From: a virus
Length of the DNA stretch: 64,000 nucleotides
Reading direction: 5' to 3' (one strand)
Virus record (IMG/VR): IMGVR_UViG_3300017774_005745
Coordinates: 132,808-196,807 of that record
Notes under the pieces: model-generated
Told to the model about the DNA's origin: nothing
The model's database searches: none
The model's input: only the letters and a program-made list of their open reading frames with translations
Translations under genes and position numbers: made by a program
Shown: positions 38,401 through 45,840 of the stretch, one piece after another
Position numbering within the stretch: the first letter of the stretch is position 1
Layout: each line of letters opens with the position of its first letter

Positions 38401-39206
38401 TCCCGGACTTTGCGAGAACAAAGAAGCCACTCACACATCAATTCTACTCGTTCGTCAAACTTGAACGAGAGCCGGATGTTGATTGGTCTCCGTCCTTCCC
38501 AGACTTTGCTCGTAGCCCTCCTCGCCCTCTCAACGTAGGTGGGCTGTCCTTCGTCGCGCCAGAGCGCGAAGCAGATGTTGAATGGCTACCAGTCTTCCCA
38601 GACTTCGCACGTGCTGCGCTTCGTCCTGTTAACGAAGGCGGTGCATTCTTCGTCAAACTGGAGAGGGAGCCAGACGTTGAGTGGCTCGCCACATATCCAG
38701 ACTTCGTTCGTGCAGCACTTCGTCCCGTAAACGTTGGCGGACTGACATTCCTCCAAGTCCCTCCGCGTGCTCCAGACGTTGACTGGCTCCCGACGTTCCC
38801 AGACTTCGCAAGAAGCAGACTGCCTCTTGTTCGTGAGGGATACTTTGTCCTCGGGCCAGCAATCGCTGCTCCGACTCCTCGCTTCCTGAGCGGCAGCTAC
38901 ACAGGTGTGTTGGTTGTAACTGGGATGCTGGGATACCAGGTCAAGGCCACACCGACAGGTCCTGGACTGCTCAGGCCGCAAGTATTCTCTGGAAGACCTG
39001 GAGACTACGAGACACGTACTGCTACTCGAACCATTGACTCTATCAAGGGTCGCGATGGAGCTCGTGAAGAGCGCCCAGTAGAGGAAGTGCGTTTCTCCCC
39101 GCTCACTCCTCAGCGTCCTCCAGAAGAGCCAGAAGAGGAAGCACCGACGACTCCTCTGACCCCGCAGGAGATTCTCAATGCTCTCAAGGGCAGAGGTAAA
39201 AAATAA
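35496..39206 (+). CDS. 1236-aa protein with LamG-like domain and 22 WxPxFPDFxR repeats
   Basis: GVWYYIVV...ITMYWG...VQLWNRTLT.SE LamG pattern; tandem ~33-aa repeats. Confidence 0.8.
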   Translation: MSLLLSGAGGSTPPFNPASGFPYVQNADPVRVPSRATAALLTTAVFLTLGPPPVNPGNGFPYPKYPDRVDAKKRNPAALSQQACAFVQPAEFDTALRFNSHADRIENSGAPGSFGLATAASYSVKSLFYVPHDTVFGGGDSILWCVENTTTFNHILSFNNANQLRWFDNSGVFQTIGTLRRGVWYYIVVAVGADGGGGTGPITMYWGPVGSAPTTYNSTGSPNVGFVPDRFTVGSWAQSSVEFLPGVLVTGVQLWNRTLTLSEATSEVAQLGPHSFTNLLVDWRLRKSASVTDAVSVTTQSGSNPGGAGVWEEERGPFIVYDPERGHPWPQPVDPVRPAKPRLDGGSAFVFNPVAAPVFDPSTGFPWPQPSEPVRKKSTTSEGFNSLVLFQAAPVVTIGWESSFPDFVRGAARQVNLGGSSHVIVEREPSTDWLPTFPDFTRKAASPLNVGGSFRAHVEYEPIVDWLPTFPDFTRRLRPLPILGGVFRTHLEYEPSTDWRPTFDDFARAKKPLPILGGPFFTYLEREPNLDWSPTFPDFVRKAPRPVNEGGEFLLNVGNSPPAPTLSWQPVFPDFARAAPRPVNQGGAPTLVIQEREPVLDWLPTFADFTRRKASPVNEGGQRLINRDVAPSLSWAPSFADFTRSLPRPLNVGGTFRTHLEREPVLDWSPTFADFAPGKKPLPILGGNFFVAPEREPIVDWLPSFPDFARAKARPINEGGCEFVGRPEAPAVSWLPVFPDFARAARRPVGEGFNAFVKLEREPAVDWLPSFPDFARARKPLPILGGLFRTHLEREPQLDWLSTYPDFPARGPRRPVQEGDVTFQRFTPATVAELWYPTFPDFARRAPRALNTGGVSWAYFEREPVVDWLPIFPDFARRARPLVSEGIVAFVKLDVVPLAWSPEFADFTRRKPAPVNVGGAFYTHLEREPVVDWLPTFPDFARKAKPLTHQFYAFVKLEREPAVDWLPSFPDFARTKKPLTHQFYSFVKLEREPDVDWSPSFPDFARSPPRPLNVGGLSFVAPEREADVEWLPVFPDFARAALRPVNEGGAFFVKLEREPDVEWLATYPDFVRAALRPVNVGGLTFLQVPPRAPDVDWLPTFPDFARSRLPLVREGYFVLGPAIAAPTPRFLSGSYTGVLVVTGMLGYQVKATPTGPGLLRPQVFSGRPGDYETRTATRTIDSIKGRDGAREERPVEEVRFSPLTPQRPPEEPEEEAPTTPLTPQEILNALKGRGKK
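36690..38865 (+). repeat. 22 tandem ~33-aa coding repeats (EREP.VDWLP.FPDFAR...P...GG)
   Basis: Counted by eye in the translation. Confidence 0.85.
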
Positions 39207-39282
39207 TGCTCCGGGAGGGACTCGAACCCTCAATACTGGCGGATTTTAAGTTCGCTGCCTCTACCGGTTCGGCTACCGAAGC
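39207..39282 (-). tRNA. tRNA-Leu(TAA), short variable region
   Basis: Acceptor GCTTCGG/CCGGAGC, loop CTTAAAA, T-loop TTCGAGT. Confidence 0.8.
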
Positions 39283-39283
39283 A

Positions 39284-39925
39284 TCATCCCCACTTTGAAA
39301 TCCACGGGGTCAAGTCTGCTTTGAACGCGCACCAACAGAGCTGAACTGTCTTGTCTTTGCCTACGTACTTGGTTCGAATCATCTCGGCGACGGCATCGAT
39401 GTTTGGGCACTTGGGAGACGGGCCTTCGTAGTCCATGTACGAGTACCAGGTGCTTCCATCTGTTCTTTGCTTGTACTCAAGAAGAGTGACGGCGTGACCT
39501 GCTGAAACCCAGGTGTCTTTTACTATCCAAGTTACGACAAGACCTTTGACGGATGTGATTTCCGTCATCAATCCGACTTTGATGCTCTTGTCGATTGCAG
39601 CGACCGTGAACGACATAAAGTCATCACAGTCGAACTCTGATTCTGGTTGCGGCTCGACACCAGCGAAGATCTGTTGAACACGCTCAGGAGAAGAAACAGC
39701 ATCTCCTAGGGTTCTCCAAGAGTCTGCTCTCCACCGGTCTCCGCCTCCAATGAACGTGACTACGTCATTGAGAGACGCGAACACACGGATGGGGACGTTC
39801 TTGAATTTCTGTTCCCAGATGAATCGATAGAACAGAGACCAGTACTTGAAGATACCGAATCGAAGGTGGCAGTACGAGAAAAAACGAACAAGGAAGACCC
39901 AAACAGAGAAGAGAGCATTCTTCAT
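39284..39925 (-). CDS. Hypothetical protein
   Basis: 213-aa ORF with RBS GGAGG. Confidence 0.65.
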   Translation of the reverse strand: MKNALFSVWVFLVRFFSYCHLRFGIFKYWSLFYRFIWEQKFKNVPIRVFASLNDVVTFIGGGDRWRADSWRTLGDAVSSPERVQQIFAGVEPQPESEFDCDDFMSFTVAAIDKSIKVGLMTEITSVKGLVVTWIVKDTWVSAGHAVTLLEYKQRTDGSTWYSYMDYEGPSPKCPNIDAVAEMIRTKYVGKDKTVQLCWCAFKADLTPWISKWG

Positions 39926-39946
39926 GTTTCCTCCAAGACCGTGAAA

Positions 39947-40030
39947 CGGAGAGCAGAGGATTCGAACCTCGGCCGACTTGCATCAACCACCAGTTTTCCA
40001 AACTGGTTCCCGACCACCGGGTTACTCTCC
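39947..40030 (-). tRNA. tRNA-Ser(GGA) with non-canonical 8/4 fold
   Basis: 8-bp acceptor GGAGAGTA/TGCTCTCC, 4-bp T-stem, long variable arm, G discriminator. Confidence 0.8.
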
Positions 40031-40038
40031 AACAGAAG

Positions 40039-40125
40039 CGGAAAGGGTGAGATTCGAACTCACGATACCCTTCCGGGTATGCCGGTTTTCAAGACCGGTG
40101 CCTTGAGCCACTCGGCCACCTTTCC
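40039..40125 (-). tRNA. tRNA-Ser(TGA)
   Basis: Canonical cloverleaf with long variable arm. Confidence 0.93.
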
Positions 40126-40130
40126 AACCT

Positions 40131-40334
40131 TCACTTCTTCTCTGGTGCTTCGATTCCAAGAATGACTCTCGCCTCACGAGCTTCTTCGTCTCTAACACGC
40201 TTCTCTTCTTTGTACTTCTCCAGCTCTTTCAACGCATGACTACCAGAACACCAGCAGTTGTCATCCCACTTACCTGACGAGCACTTGCTGGTGTGTCTGG
40301 GTCCCTCGTACCTGCCAAGCACGAGGTCACTCAT
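40131..40334 (-). CDS. Small hypothetical protein
   Basis: ATG at 40334. Confidence 0.4.
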   Translation of the reverse strand: MSDLVLGRYEGPRHTSKCSSGKWDDNCWCSGSHALKELEKYKEEKRVRDEEAREARVILGIEAPEKK

Positions 40335-40878
40335 TATCATTCTCCAGCTCAGTGTGCCAGTAACTAACTGAAGCAAGCCACTGCTTCCAAGCGTCTGGCA
40401 TGCCCTTCTGCCACATGAAGGTCATTCTGATGGCCTCTGGGAGCTTGCCAGGCTTCGCTGGCTTGTTGAGAAGGGGCATCTTCGCCTGCTCTGGGGTTCG
40501 ACCCGCCTTGGTCTGATTACAGGGCGTACAGCTCACAACGACGTTCTCCCAGGTTGTCTGGCCGCCCTGAGCCTTTGGAATGACGTGGTCGTATGTGAAA
40601 TCAGTTCGAGGGACCTTCACACGGCAGTACTGGCATGTCCCTCTGTCCCGGAGATAGACGTTCTCGCGTGAGAACTTAATCGCTCTCTTCTTGCCTTTGA
40701 TGGCCCTGAAGAATCGAATCACAGCGGGCATTCGAATCTCGAAAGTCACTGACCGAATGAGCTTGTCTTCGTACTCATCGACTACTTCTACCTTTCCATC
40801 AAATAGAAGTGTGACGGCACGCTGCCACGTAATCTTTCCAATCGGCTCGTACCCTGGACTCAAAACTAGCGTCTCCAC
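40327..40878 (-). CDS. HNH endonuclease (McrA-like)
   Basis: RD..TCQYC...TYDHVIP..QGG..TWENVV.SC..CN..K. Confidence 0.9.
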   Translation of the reverse strand: METLVLSPGYEPIGKITWQRAVTLLFDGKVEVVDEYEDKLIRSVTFEIRMPAVIRFFRAIKGKKRAIKFSRENVYLRDRGTCQYCRVKVPRTDFTYDHVIPKAQGGQTTWENVVVSCTPCNQTKAGRTPEQAKMPLLNKPAKPGKLPEAIRMTFMWQKGMPDAWKQWLASVSYWHTELENDNE

Positions 40879-40905
40879 TGTGTCTCCTTTCTTGAAGTTA
40901 AAAAA

Positions 40906-40984
40906 TACCCTAGGAGGGAGTCGAACCCTCACGCCGAAGCAGTGGATTTTGAGTCCACCGTGTCTACCGTTCCACCACCAGGGT
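40906..40984 (-). tRNA. tRNA-Leu(CAA)
   Basis: Cloverleaf, loop CTCAAAA. Confidence 0.9.
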
Positions 40985-40987
40985 ATC

Positions 40988-41668
40988 TTAGTACGTCACT
41001 ACTCCATCTACGATGTTGAAAACGAAGGGCTCTCTACGGGCCATGTCCTTGTGCCCGACTCTATACCCCATCGAGCAATTCACAAGAACGGAATCACCAC
41101 GCTTCCAGACTCCGGTGTCTTCGTGAATGTGACCAAAGCACGTGACCTTTGGTTTCTTTTTGTCGATGGCGCGAAGGAGTTCCTCACATCCGACTCGCTC
41201 TCCTCTGACTACCCTGTCTCCGTAGCCATGCGGTGGACCATGGACGAGGAGAACATCAATCCCCTCCGGAATCTTCTCCCACTTCTTCGCAATCTCTTGT
41301 CCGCGAAGGAGATTGAATGCCCAGTCGTGCCACCATGGCTGCCAAGGAGAACCGTAGAAACGAACACCATCGATGGTTGTCTCTTGGTCTTGGAGATACG
41401 TAATTCCTGGACCTCCAATGATAGTGTTGGCTTCGAAACTACGTTTGTCTTCGAAACAGAAGTCATGATTTCCTGCAATCACGACTTTGTGTTTCTGAGG
41501 TTGCGCAACCAACCATTGGCGGAACTCGATGAGTTGCTCGATGGTTCCGCCAATGGTCAAGTCTCCAGAGACTGTCAGAACATCAGCCTCCGGAGTCATG
41601 ATGGGAGGTCGCTCGTGAGGTACACCCTTCTGCGTGATGTGGATGTCTGAGACAGAACAAATCCTCAC
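40988..41668 (-). CDS. Calcineurin-like metallophosphoesterase (MPPED/239FB-like)
   Basis: SDIH, GDLT, AGNHD, HGPP, FGHIHE. Confidence 0.9.
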   Translation of the reverse strand: MRICSVSDIHITQKGVPHERPPIMTPEADVLTVSGDLTIGGTIEQLIEFRQWLVAQPQKHKVVIAGNHDFCFEDKRSFEANTIIGGPGITYLQDQETTIDGVRFYGSPWQPWWHDWAFNLLRGQEIAKKWEKIPEGIDVLLVHGPPHGYGDRVVRGERVGCEELLRAIDKKKPKVTCFGHIHEDTGVWKRGDSVLVNCSMGYRVGHKDMARREPFVFNIVDGVVTY

Positions 41669-41832
41669 GTCTGCTCCTTTATTTCTTTTCTCAGTTGCGC
41701 CCGAAGAGCGGACTTCTGACTCTTCTGCCCAGGGATGGTCTTCCTTGAGATGCAGCAAGGACAGTAGTGCTGTTTCTTACCGCCTCGACCTTTGACACGG
41801 TCAATCGGAACCGTCTTGGCGTACGCTTTCAT
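41665..41832 (-). CDS. Small basic protein
   Basis: MKAY...CPCC...K.ALRA. Confidence 0.45.
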   Translation of the reverse strand: MKAYAKTVPIDRVKGRGGKKQHYCPCCISRKTIPGQKSQKSALRAQLRKEIKEQT

Positions 41833-42038
41833 AGGCCAGGGAGGGGCTCCACTCCCTGACTCTTCTTTGAGAAGTACTCCTGCAACTGAGCTCTGAAGTT
41901 CTCTTCGGGAGTCTTTTCTCGGTTCGGCCAGAAGCAAGGGTACCCAGTGTGGGACCAAACGATGTTCTCGATATCGTCTTCTGAGGGTTTGATGTTGAAC
42001 TTCGCCGCTTCCTCAAGAACGACCTCATCTACTCTCAT
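41829..42038 (-). CDS. Small hypothetical protein
   Basis: W..TGYPCFW motif; RBS GGAGGAG. Confidence 0.55.
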   Translation of the reverse strand: MRVDEVVLEEAAKFNIKPSEDDIENIVWSHTGYPCFWPNREKTPEENFRAQLQEYFSKKSQGVEPLPGL

Positions 42039-42050
42039 GCACTCCTCCAA

Positions 42051-42132
42051 TGCTCAAGAAGGGATTCGAACCCTTACGGTTTTACCCGCCAGCTTCTAAG
42101 GCTGGTGCGGCTACCAGTTACGCCACCTGAGC
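42051..42132 (-). tRNA. tRNA-Leu(TAG)
   Basis: Cloverleaf, loop CTTAGAA. Confidence 0.92.
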
Positions 42133-42138
42133 TTCGTG

Positions 42139-42210
42139 TACCGACAACTGGGATTGAACCAGTGACCGTCGCCGTGTAAGGGCGCTGCTCTGCCGCTGAG
42201 CTATGTCGGT
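42139..42210 (-). tRNA. tRNA-Val(TAC)
   Basis: Cloverleaf, loop CTTACAC. Confidence 0.92.
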
Positions 42211-42213
42211 ATG

Positions 42214-42285
42214 TCGTAGGTGAGGGAGTCGAACCCACTCCATTCAGCTTATGAGACTGATGCTCGGTGCCACCGAGTACCTACG
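42214..42285 (-). tRNA. tRNA(CAT), atypical D-arm (Met or Ile2)
   Basis: Acceptor CGTAGGT/ACCTACG, loop CTCATAA, 1-nt acceptor-D linker. Confidence 0.7.
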
Positions 42286-42535
42286 GTCCTGCTCTCTTCG
42301 CTGCTTCCTTCATTTGCTTCTTCATCCACGTCAACATCTCATCGCCGTCTTTGGTAATCATCTCTTCAATTGGACTGTCCCAATTGTTATCGAGAATCAC
42401 GCGACAGTGAAAGGCACCTTTGGGGTCTCTCTCCGGACGCCAACTTGCGTCTACTGTGAAGCGCCCAACAGAAGCCTTAAAGAAATCTGCAGTCAGCAGC
42501 TCTGTCTCTGTATCGTACATCTCTCGTAGTGCCAT
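42281..42535 (-). CDS. Hypothetical protein
   Basis: ATG at 42535. Confidence 0.5.
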   Translation of the reverse strand: MALREMYDTETELLTADFFKASVGRFTVDASWRPERDPKGAFHCRVILDNNWDSPIEEMITKDGDEMLTWMKKQMKEAAKRAGP

Positions 42536-42536
42536 A

Positions 42537-42611
42537 TAGCGGGCCCAGGAGTCGAACCTGGTATCGCGTGGGTTATGAGCCCAGCATGGTGCTCCGTTCC
42601 ACTCACCCGCC
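42537..42611 (-). tRNA. tRNA-Met(CAT), probable initiator
   Basis: Three consecutive G-C pairs at the base of the anticodon loop; weak G1-U72 pair. Confidence 0.75.
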
Positions 42612-42616
42612 AAAAC

Positions 42617-42871
42617 TTACTTCTTCCAATGATGCTTCAGGTACTTTTTATAGGACAGCGGTTTCTTTTTCAAGGCCCGAAGCATCCTTTCGAGCGTTTC
42701 TTTCAGTTCCTTGACTGACTCTCCATGTACTCCAACTGCGTTCTCCGTGATGAGAGTTGGACCCTTTTTGGGTGGCTCGTAGTATGCCTCGTGGATGCCG
42801 AGGCTCCCATCCTTGTACTTCACGATTCGGTGGTTCCAGTAAAACGGCGGCAGCTTCTCTTTCTTTTTCAT
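42617..42871 (-). CDS. Conserved phage hypothetical protein (WNHR...IHEAYY)
   Basis: ORF track. Confidence 0.6.
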   Translation of the reverse strand: MKKKEKLPPFYWNHRIVKYKDGSLGIHEAYYEPPKKGPTLITENAVGVHGESVKELKETLERMLRALKKKPLSYKKYLKHHWKK

Positions 42872-42872
42872 A

Positions 42873-42946
42873 CGACCTCACCAGGAATCGAACCTGGGAC
42901 CCCCGACTTAGAAGGTCGGTGCTCTATCCATCTGAGCTATGAGGTC
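42873..42946 (-). tRNA. tRNA-Arg(TCT)
   Basis: Cloverleaf, loop CTTCTAA. Confidence 0.93.
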
Positions 42947-42953
42947 ATGCTAT

Positions 42954-43026
42954 TGTGCCCACCAGGATTCGAACCTGGAACCTACCCGTTATGAGCGGGC
43001 AGCTCTAACCGTTGAGCTATGAGCAC
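42954..43026 (-). tRNA. tRNA(CAT), elongator Met or Ile2
   Basis: Canonical cloverleaf, loop CTCATAA. Confidence 0.9.
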
Positions 43027-43039
43027 TGACTACGGACTC

Positions 43040-43498
43040 TCAGTGAAAGCCGAGAGTGCGAAGTTCTTCGAAGTTCAGTTCGAACTTTTGGCCCGGCTTC
43101 AGGTGGTTCTTGATTCGAGTCAGATCGTTGATGAGGAACTTCTGACGGGCCATTCTCCTGCCCATGCTTTGAACGTTCGTGATGTCGTTCTGGAGAGCCT
43201 GGATGAGGTTCTGTGAGAAGTGCATCGGTTTCCCTGCACCGGCTGCATTTCCCAGAGAGTTCGACATCTTGTTCGAGTACTCGGAGATCTTGACCGCATC
43301 TTCTCCGGCCTCGATGATTTCCTGGGGATCGATCTCACGCCTCATGGCGATCTCTTCGATACCCTTCAAAAGCTCCTCCGACCTCTTCTTGGCTTCTTTG
43401 ATCCTCGTGGTCACCGCCGCGATGACCTCTGCACCAGTTTTGTTGAAGACCAGGTGGGTGAAGTGAAGAGTCGAAGCGCCTTCATCATCCTTGTACAT
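43040..43498 (-). CDS. Hypothetical protein
   Basis: ATG at 43498 with RBS AAGGA. Confidence 0.6.
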   Translation of the reverse strand: MYKDDEGASTLHFTHLVFNKTGAEVIAAVTTRIKEAKKRSEELLKGIEEIAMRREIDPQEIIEAGEDAVKISEYSNKMSNSLGNAAGAGKPMHFSQNLIQALQNDITNVQSMGRRMARQKFLINDLTRIKNHLKPGQKFELNFEELRTLGFH

Positions 43499-43629
43499 GT
43501 ACTTCCTTTCGTTGTTGATACAGAAAATGGAGCCGGTTTCGAACCCGGCAGTAACACCACTTTGACTAGAGTGATGTCGACTGTGCGCGGCAACCGTGTC
43601 ATTGAGCGCCAACTATCCGCACATCCAAG

Positions 43630-44000
43630 TGGAGGTGGGGGGAATCGAACCCCCGTCCGAAAGCCTTCTGTTCTTCGATACTACGTGCGTAGCCAGTATC
43701 CCCTGGCTGGTACAACGGTTTGTCCCTCTTCTATTTACCCCGAACAAGGCTGAGGACGTCCTACGTTCAGCAGTACCCTGTGCTGTGCCTTCCAGTTACC
43801 GGGTCATCTTACTGGAAGACATCCCTGCTGCTATTACGCAGCGGCGCGGAATTCCGGTGCCGAAGCACCGATCATCCACGCCGGGAGCTCAACGTTGTCG
43901 TTGGCTTTTATTGGTTTTCCCACGAAGAATTAACGAGCTTCGTAAGCAGCTCGGCACGCATCTCGAACGTCTATGCCTCCGTCGAAGCCAGGTCACCCCC
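43630..44000 (-). ncRNA. ssrA: tmRNA (tag ANDNVELPAWMIGASAPEFRAAA)
   Basis: 5' GGGGGTGA..TTCGAC; 3' GGTTCGATTCCCCCCACCTCCA; G3:U pair; AATAAAA-GCC resume context. Confidence 0.93.
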
Positions 44001-44005
44001 TAAAA

Positions 44006-44317
44006 CTACGAACCCAACTGCTTTCTTGCCTCATCGACATCTACAACAACAACTTCGGAACCTGCAAGCTTGGTCTTGATTTCTTCTTCAGGACCCCACC
44101 AGCATTCGCAGCCCCACACGATTTTACCGTTGTCGAGCTTGATCTTCGGGTTCACACGTCCCAGACCTCTCAAGAGAGGTCCCATACCGCCTGCCTTCTC
44201 GTCTGGGACTTCGTGTCCTTCGTACGTGCCGTATCCGAAGAATGAGACGGTGCTTCCTTCACTCCCAAGGATGGCACCGACTCGGTCACCTATTTGCAGT
44301 TTGGCGTTCATGTTCAC
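44006..44317 (-). CDS. Conserved phage hypothetical protein (NPKI.LD.G..VWGCECWWG)
   Basis: Motif recall. Confidence 0.65.
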   Translation of the reverse strand: MNMNAKLQIGDRVGAILGSEGSTVSFFGYGTYEGHEVPDEKAGGMGPLLRGLGRVNPKIKLDNGKIVWGCECWWGPEEEIKTKLAGSEVVVVDVDEARKQLGS

Positions 44318-44628
44318 TCACAGGTACATCGGAGAGGAATCTTCTGTTGCTTCAGACAGATGCAGTTCTCCTCCTCAAACTTGTCTACTCCCGAGTCCCC
44401 GCAGAGACTTTTGCAGGACTCCGCAGTCATCTTCGGCGGAGGAGCAGGCGGCAGCGGTCTGTTCAAGAACAGATAGATGCCCGCAACCAAAGTGCAACCA
44501 ATGACAATGGTCATCGACACGATGTAATACGCACGCGTCTGCGCCTGTTTGTGTTCATAGATATCTTTCTCAGTCCAGCTCACGGTGGGTTCCTTTGTTG
44601 TTTGAAGAGAGGATACCTGTTCTCCCAA
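44314..44628 (-). CDS. Small membrane protein
   Basis: One TM segment and a Cys-rich tail. Confidence 0.5.
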   Translation of the reverse strand: MGEQVSSLQTTKEPTVSWTEKDIYEHKQAQTRAYYIVSMTIVIGCTLVAGIYLFLNRPLPPAPPPKMTAESCKSLCGDSGVDKFEEENCICLKQQKIPLRCTCE

Positions 44629-45062
44629 TCATCAATGAGAGCAAGTAGGCTTTTCTGTTTCCGACGAGCTTTGATATCGTCTCTTGAAAACGCGACGCCG
44701 TAGTAACTACGGTTCGCGAAGGTAAATCTTTCCCAAGTGAGATCAACGACTACGTCGCCTAAGACTGCCCACGCATGTGGAAATGGGATGAGTCCTTGTG
44801 CGTACCCTTCTACGTAGACAAGCTTATTGCTCCTGTCATTGAGGACAAGCCTCTGTGCATTGGCGTAGCAGAAGCCCTCTGGAAAGTAATCACGTCTCCT
44901 AGCCCGGCGAACGAGTTCAGACTCGGCTGCGTCGAGCTTCCTAAAGACGTACGGTCTACCTTTGTTCAAGACGTAGTCTTCGAGACACGAGAAGTTAGTA
45001 CCAGGTTGCTTGTTCCTTACTGCATCTGCCAGAGCAACAACCTGACTCAGGTATTCTTTCAT
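44580..45062 (-). CDS. Transglutaminase-like/conserved hypothetical protein
   Basis: CYANA...YVEGYA...HAW. Confidence 0.6.
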   Translation of the reverse strand: MKEYLSQVVALADAVRNKQPGTNFSCLEDYVLNKGRPYVFRKLDAAESELVRRARRRDYFPEGFCYANAQRLVLNDRSNKLVYVEGYAQGLIPFPHAWAVLGDVVVDLTWERFTFANRSYYGVAFSRDDIKARRKQKSLLALIDDWENRYPLFKQQRNPP

Positions 45063-45065
45063 ATC

Positions 45066-45353
45066 TTAAAATATGTCGAAGAATCTCTTGAGACGGTTGA
45101 CCGGGCGGTTGTACTCTTTCTCCCTCTCCTCCCCAACCTTGAGTGCCACCTGGAGTATGGTGTTTAGAGCATTTAAACGTGACGCCTCTACCTCTGCTTG
45201 AATCCTGTCATACGTTCGAGCAAACTCTCTCTCGGCCTCTTCCTTCTCTTGTCTTACTTTATCAAGAGCAGATACGACTTCATTGACGTCTTCTGACGAG
45301 ATGTTCTTCTCTTCGAGAATGTCTCGAATGACTTTGACTTTGTCTTCTTTCAT
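45066..45353 (-). CDS. Coiled-coil hypothetical protein
   Basis: ATG at 45353. Confidence 0.5.
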   Translation of the reverse strand: MKEDKVKVIRDILEEKNISSEDVNEVVSALDKVRQEKEEAEREFARTYDRIQAEVEASRLNALNTILQVALKVGEEREKEYNRPVNRLKRFFDIF

Positions 45354-45354
45354 G

Positions 45355-45425
45355 TGCTCCCGACGGGAATTGAACCCGTGCCTCACCCTTACCAAGGGCG
45401 TGCTCGACCTTCGAGCTACAAGAGC
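45355..45425 (-). tRNA. tRNA-Thr(GGT)
   Basis: Cloverleaf, loop TTGGTAA. Confidence 0.9.
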
Positions 45426-45489
45426 AAAGTGGCGACCCCCAGGTATCCTCTGAGGGCCGCCGATAGTTTCGTTGGAAGAAACCGTTTCG

Positions 45490-45642
45490 CTGTCTTTGAG
45501 ACCGACGCTAAGACTTCCTTTTAGCTCTTAATCCCCACGCCTTATCATTGGGCCACTCGACCACATGGAGGTCGAGACCGGAATCAAACCAGTATCTTGG
45601 GGTGCATACGGAAGTAACTTAATTCGGAGTCTCGTTACACAG
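45490..45642 (-). ncRNA. Circularly permuted tRNA-like RNA #2 (YrlA-like)
   Basis: T-arm ACTGG-TTTGATT-CCGGT, acceptor hairpin CTCGACC-TCCATGT-GGTCGAG, D-arm, long closing stem. Confidence 0.75.
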
Positions 45643-45673
45643 AAAGCTTGAGCTTGGAGCTACACCCATGAGT

Positions 45674-45774
45674 GTCCAATACACGCTGCTTTGCCTCACC
45701 AGTTGGGCTACCTGGCCGTAATAGGCCAGGGGAAGAGTCGAACTTCCATCTTTAGCAGAGTGTGGTTAACGGAC
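45674..45774 (-). ncRNA. Circularly permuted tRNA-like RNA #1 (YrlA-like)
   Basis: T-arm GGAAG-TTCGACT-CTTCC, acceptor hairpin CCTGGCC-TATTAC-GGCCAGG, D-arm with GG, closing stem GTCCG/TGGAC. Confidence 0.75.
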
Positions 45775-45776
45775 GT

Positions 45777-45812
45777 AAGCTTGAGACTTTGAACTTCAGC
45801 TTGAGCTTGTGC
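45777..45812 (-). repeat. AAGCTC/AAGCTG/AAGTTC/AAGCTT hexamer array (again at ~45643-45655)
   Basis: AAGCTCAAGCTGAAGTTCAAAGTCTCAAGCTT. Confidence 0.6.
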
Positions 45813-45840
45813 TCCAAATCTTTAGAGGACTACCGTCGGC

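Noticed and set aside
36690-38865. Possible CRISPR or DNA repeat array
   Set aside because: The repeats are in-frame protein repeats with synonymous variation; there is no repeat-spacer pattern and no cas genes.
45570-45717. Reading as a single intron-containing tRNA (5' half GGCCAGG, 3' half CTCGACC)
   Set aside because: These strands do not pair with each other; each pairs perfectly with its adjacent strand in the permuted arrangement.
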